From a virus (lineage: Duplodnaviria > Caudoviricetes), in the IMG/VR virus record IMGVR_UViG_3300025600_000030, positions 1-44,140 of that record: a stretch of DNA of 44,140 nt, one strand, 5' to 3'. The position numbers and the translations under genes were made by a program. This document shows positions 43,528 through 44,140 of the stretch, piece after piece (within the stretch, counting starts at the first letter, position 1; every line of letters starts with the position of its first letter). Below the pieces are notes generated by a model. That model was not told the DNA's origin and did not search any database. It saw only the letters and a program-made list of their open reading frames with translations.

Positions 43528-44140
43528 GCCCGCACCTCCGAGAAAAAGCCCCTTAACTCCTCGCTGTTGTACTGCCCGTTGGTAATCTTAAGCGCCTCTC
43601 GGATGGTGTAATTGTCCTTGACCTTGTCGGCGCTCAGCGACTGCAAAAACGCTTGCGTTCCAGCCTGACAAGCTCCGGTAATAACGCGGTACATAATAAC
43701 TGCGTCCTCGTAGGTAATTACGCTATCGAGTGTTAACCCCTTGTACTGCGACTTGTCACGGCTTGCGGCTTTGAATTTGAGGTCGATTATGCCGTTTTTT
43801 ATATTGTCGCAATGCGCCCAATTTGTGCCGTCTGTGATGATATTCATACCTGGTATCTTGCCCTCGATAAATGTAAGGTCGCCGCATTTGGTTTCTATTC
43901 CTGTAACATGGGTTAAAACTCCATCTGCATATATCCAGCCTTTGCCTTTTTCGCCTTGCTTAAAAACATTGACTTCCTGCGTGGGTTTATTGACCTTAAC
44001 TTTTGCTCTTTCCTTGCTTGTAAGACTGTTGAGGTAGAGGCCGCCGCCTACTGTTGGGTTGAAGCCTTCGGGTATGCTTGTAAGACTGTTGAGGTCGAGG
44101 CTGCCGCCTACTGTTGGGTTGAAGCCTTCAGGTATGCTTG
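43524..44140 (-). CDS. LRR-like repeat protein, 3' part (open to the window end)
   Basis: The frame of 43524..43847 stays open to the end: SIPEGFNPTVGGSLDLNSLTSIPEGFNPTVGGGLYLNSLTSKERAKV...WIYADGV...YRVITGACQAGT. Confidence 0.85.
   Translation of the reverse strand, partial: SIPEGFNPTVGGSLDLNSLTSIPEGFNPTVGGGLYLNSLTSKERAKVKVNKPTQEVNVFKQGEKGKGWIYADGVLTHVTGIETKCGDLTFIEGKIPGMNIITDGTNWAHCDNIKNGIIDLKFKAASRDKSQYKGLTLDSVITYEDAVIMYRVITGACQAGTQAFLQSLSADKVKDNYTIREALKITNGQYNSEELRGFFSEVRA
44015..44140. repeat. 60-bp tandem repeat, same unit as the window start
   Basis: Units begin at 44032 and 44092 (truncated), with 1-2 substitutions relative to 1-60. Confidence 0.97.

Overview
Apparently near-complete ~44 kb tailed phage genome of a Firmicute (probably Clostridia-type) host, with a contractile tail (myovirus). 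Every credible gene is on the minus strand. The contig opens and closes inside one gene, a leucine-rich-repeat-like protein built from near-identical 60-bp repeats, so the genome is probably circular or permuted and the assembly broke in that array. In transcription order from a sigma-A promoter at ~2350-2378: (1) early genes: Cro-like HTH, ParB-like, nucleotidyltransferase, LRR-like protein; (2) recombination, replication and nucleotide or DNA modification genes: DUF1351, ERF, MBL hydrolase, PAPS-reductase-like, NinB-like, radical SAM, SSB, SNF2-like helicase plus DNA MTase, replisome organiser, DnaB, RusA, HAD, dATP/dGTP diphosphohydrolase-like; (3) late activator, two tRNAs, a metallophosphoesterase and a GIY-YIG homing endonuclease; (4) terminase, head, neck, sheath, tube, baseplate and fibres; (5) lysis genes. 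I found no integrase or CI repressor. The most unusual features are two tandem paralogous Gp138-like spike genes carrying different peptidoglycan hydrolases (lysozyme versus M23), the LRR array that varies mainly at predicted binding-face codons, a structured RNA with an anti-SD loop in front of the GIY-YIG gene, a phosphodiester-glycosidase plus amidase endolysin, atypical tRNAs, and genes that appear to start at ATT or ATC. All family calls come from motif recognition by eye; no database search was run.
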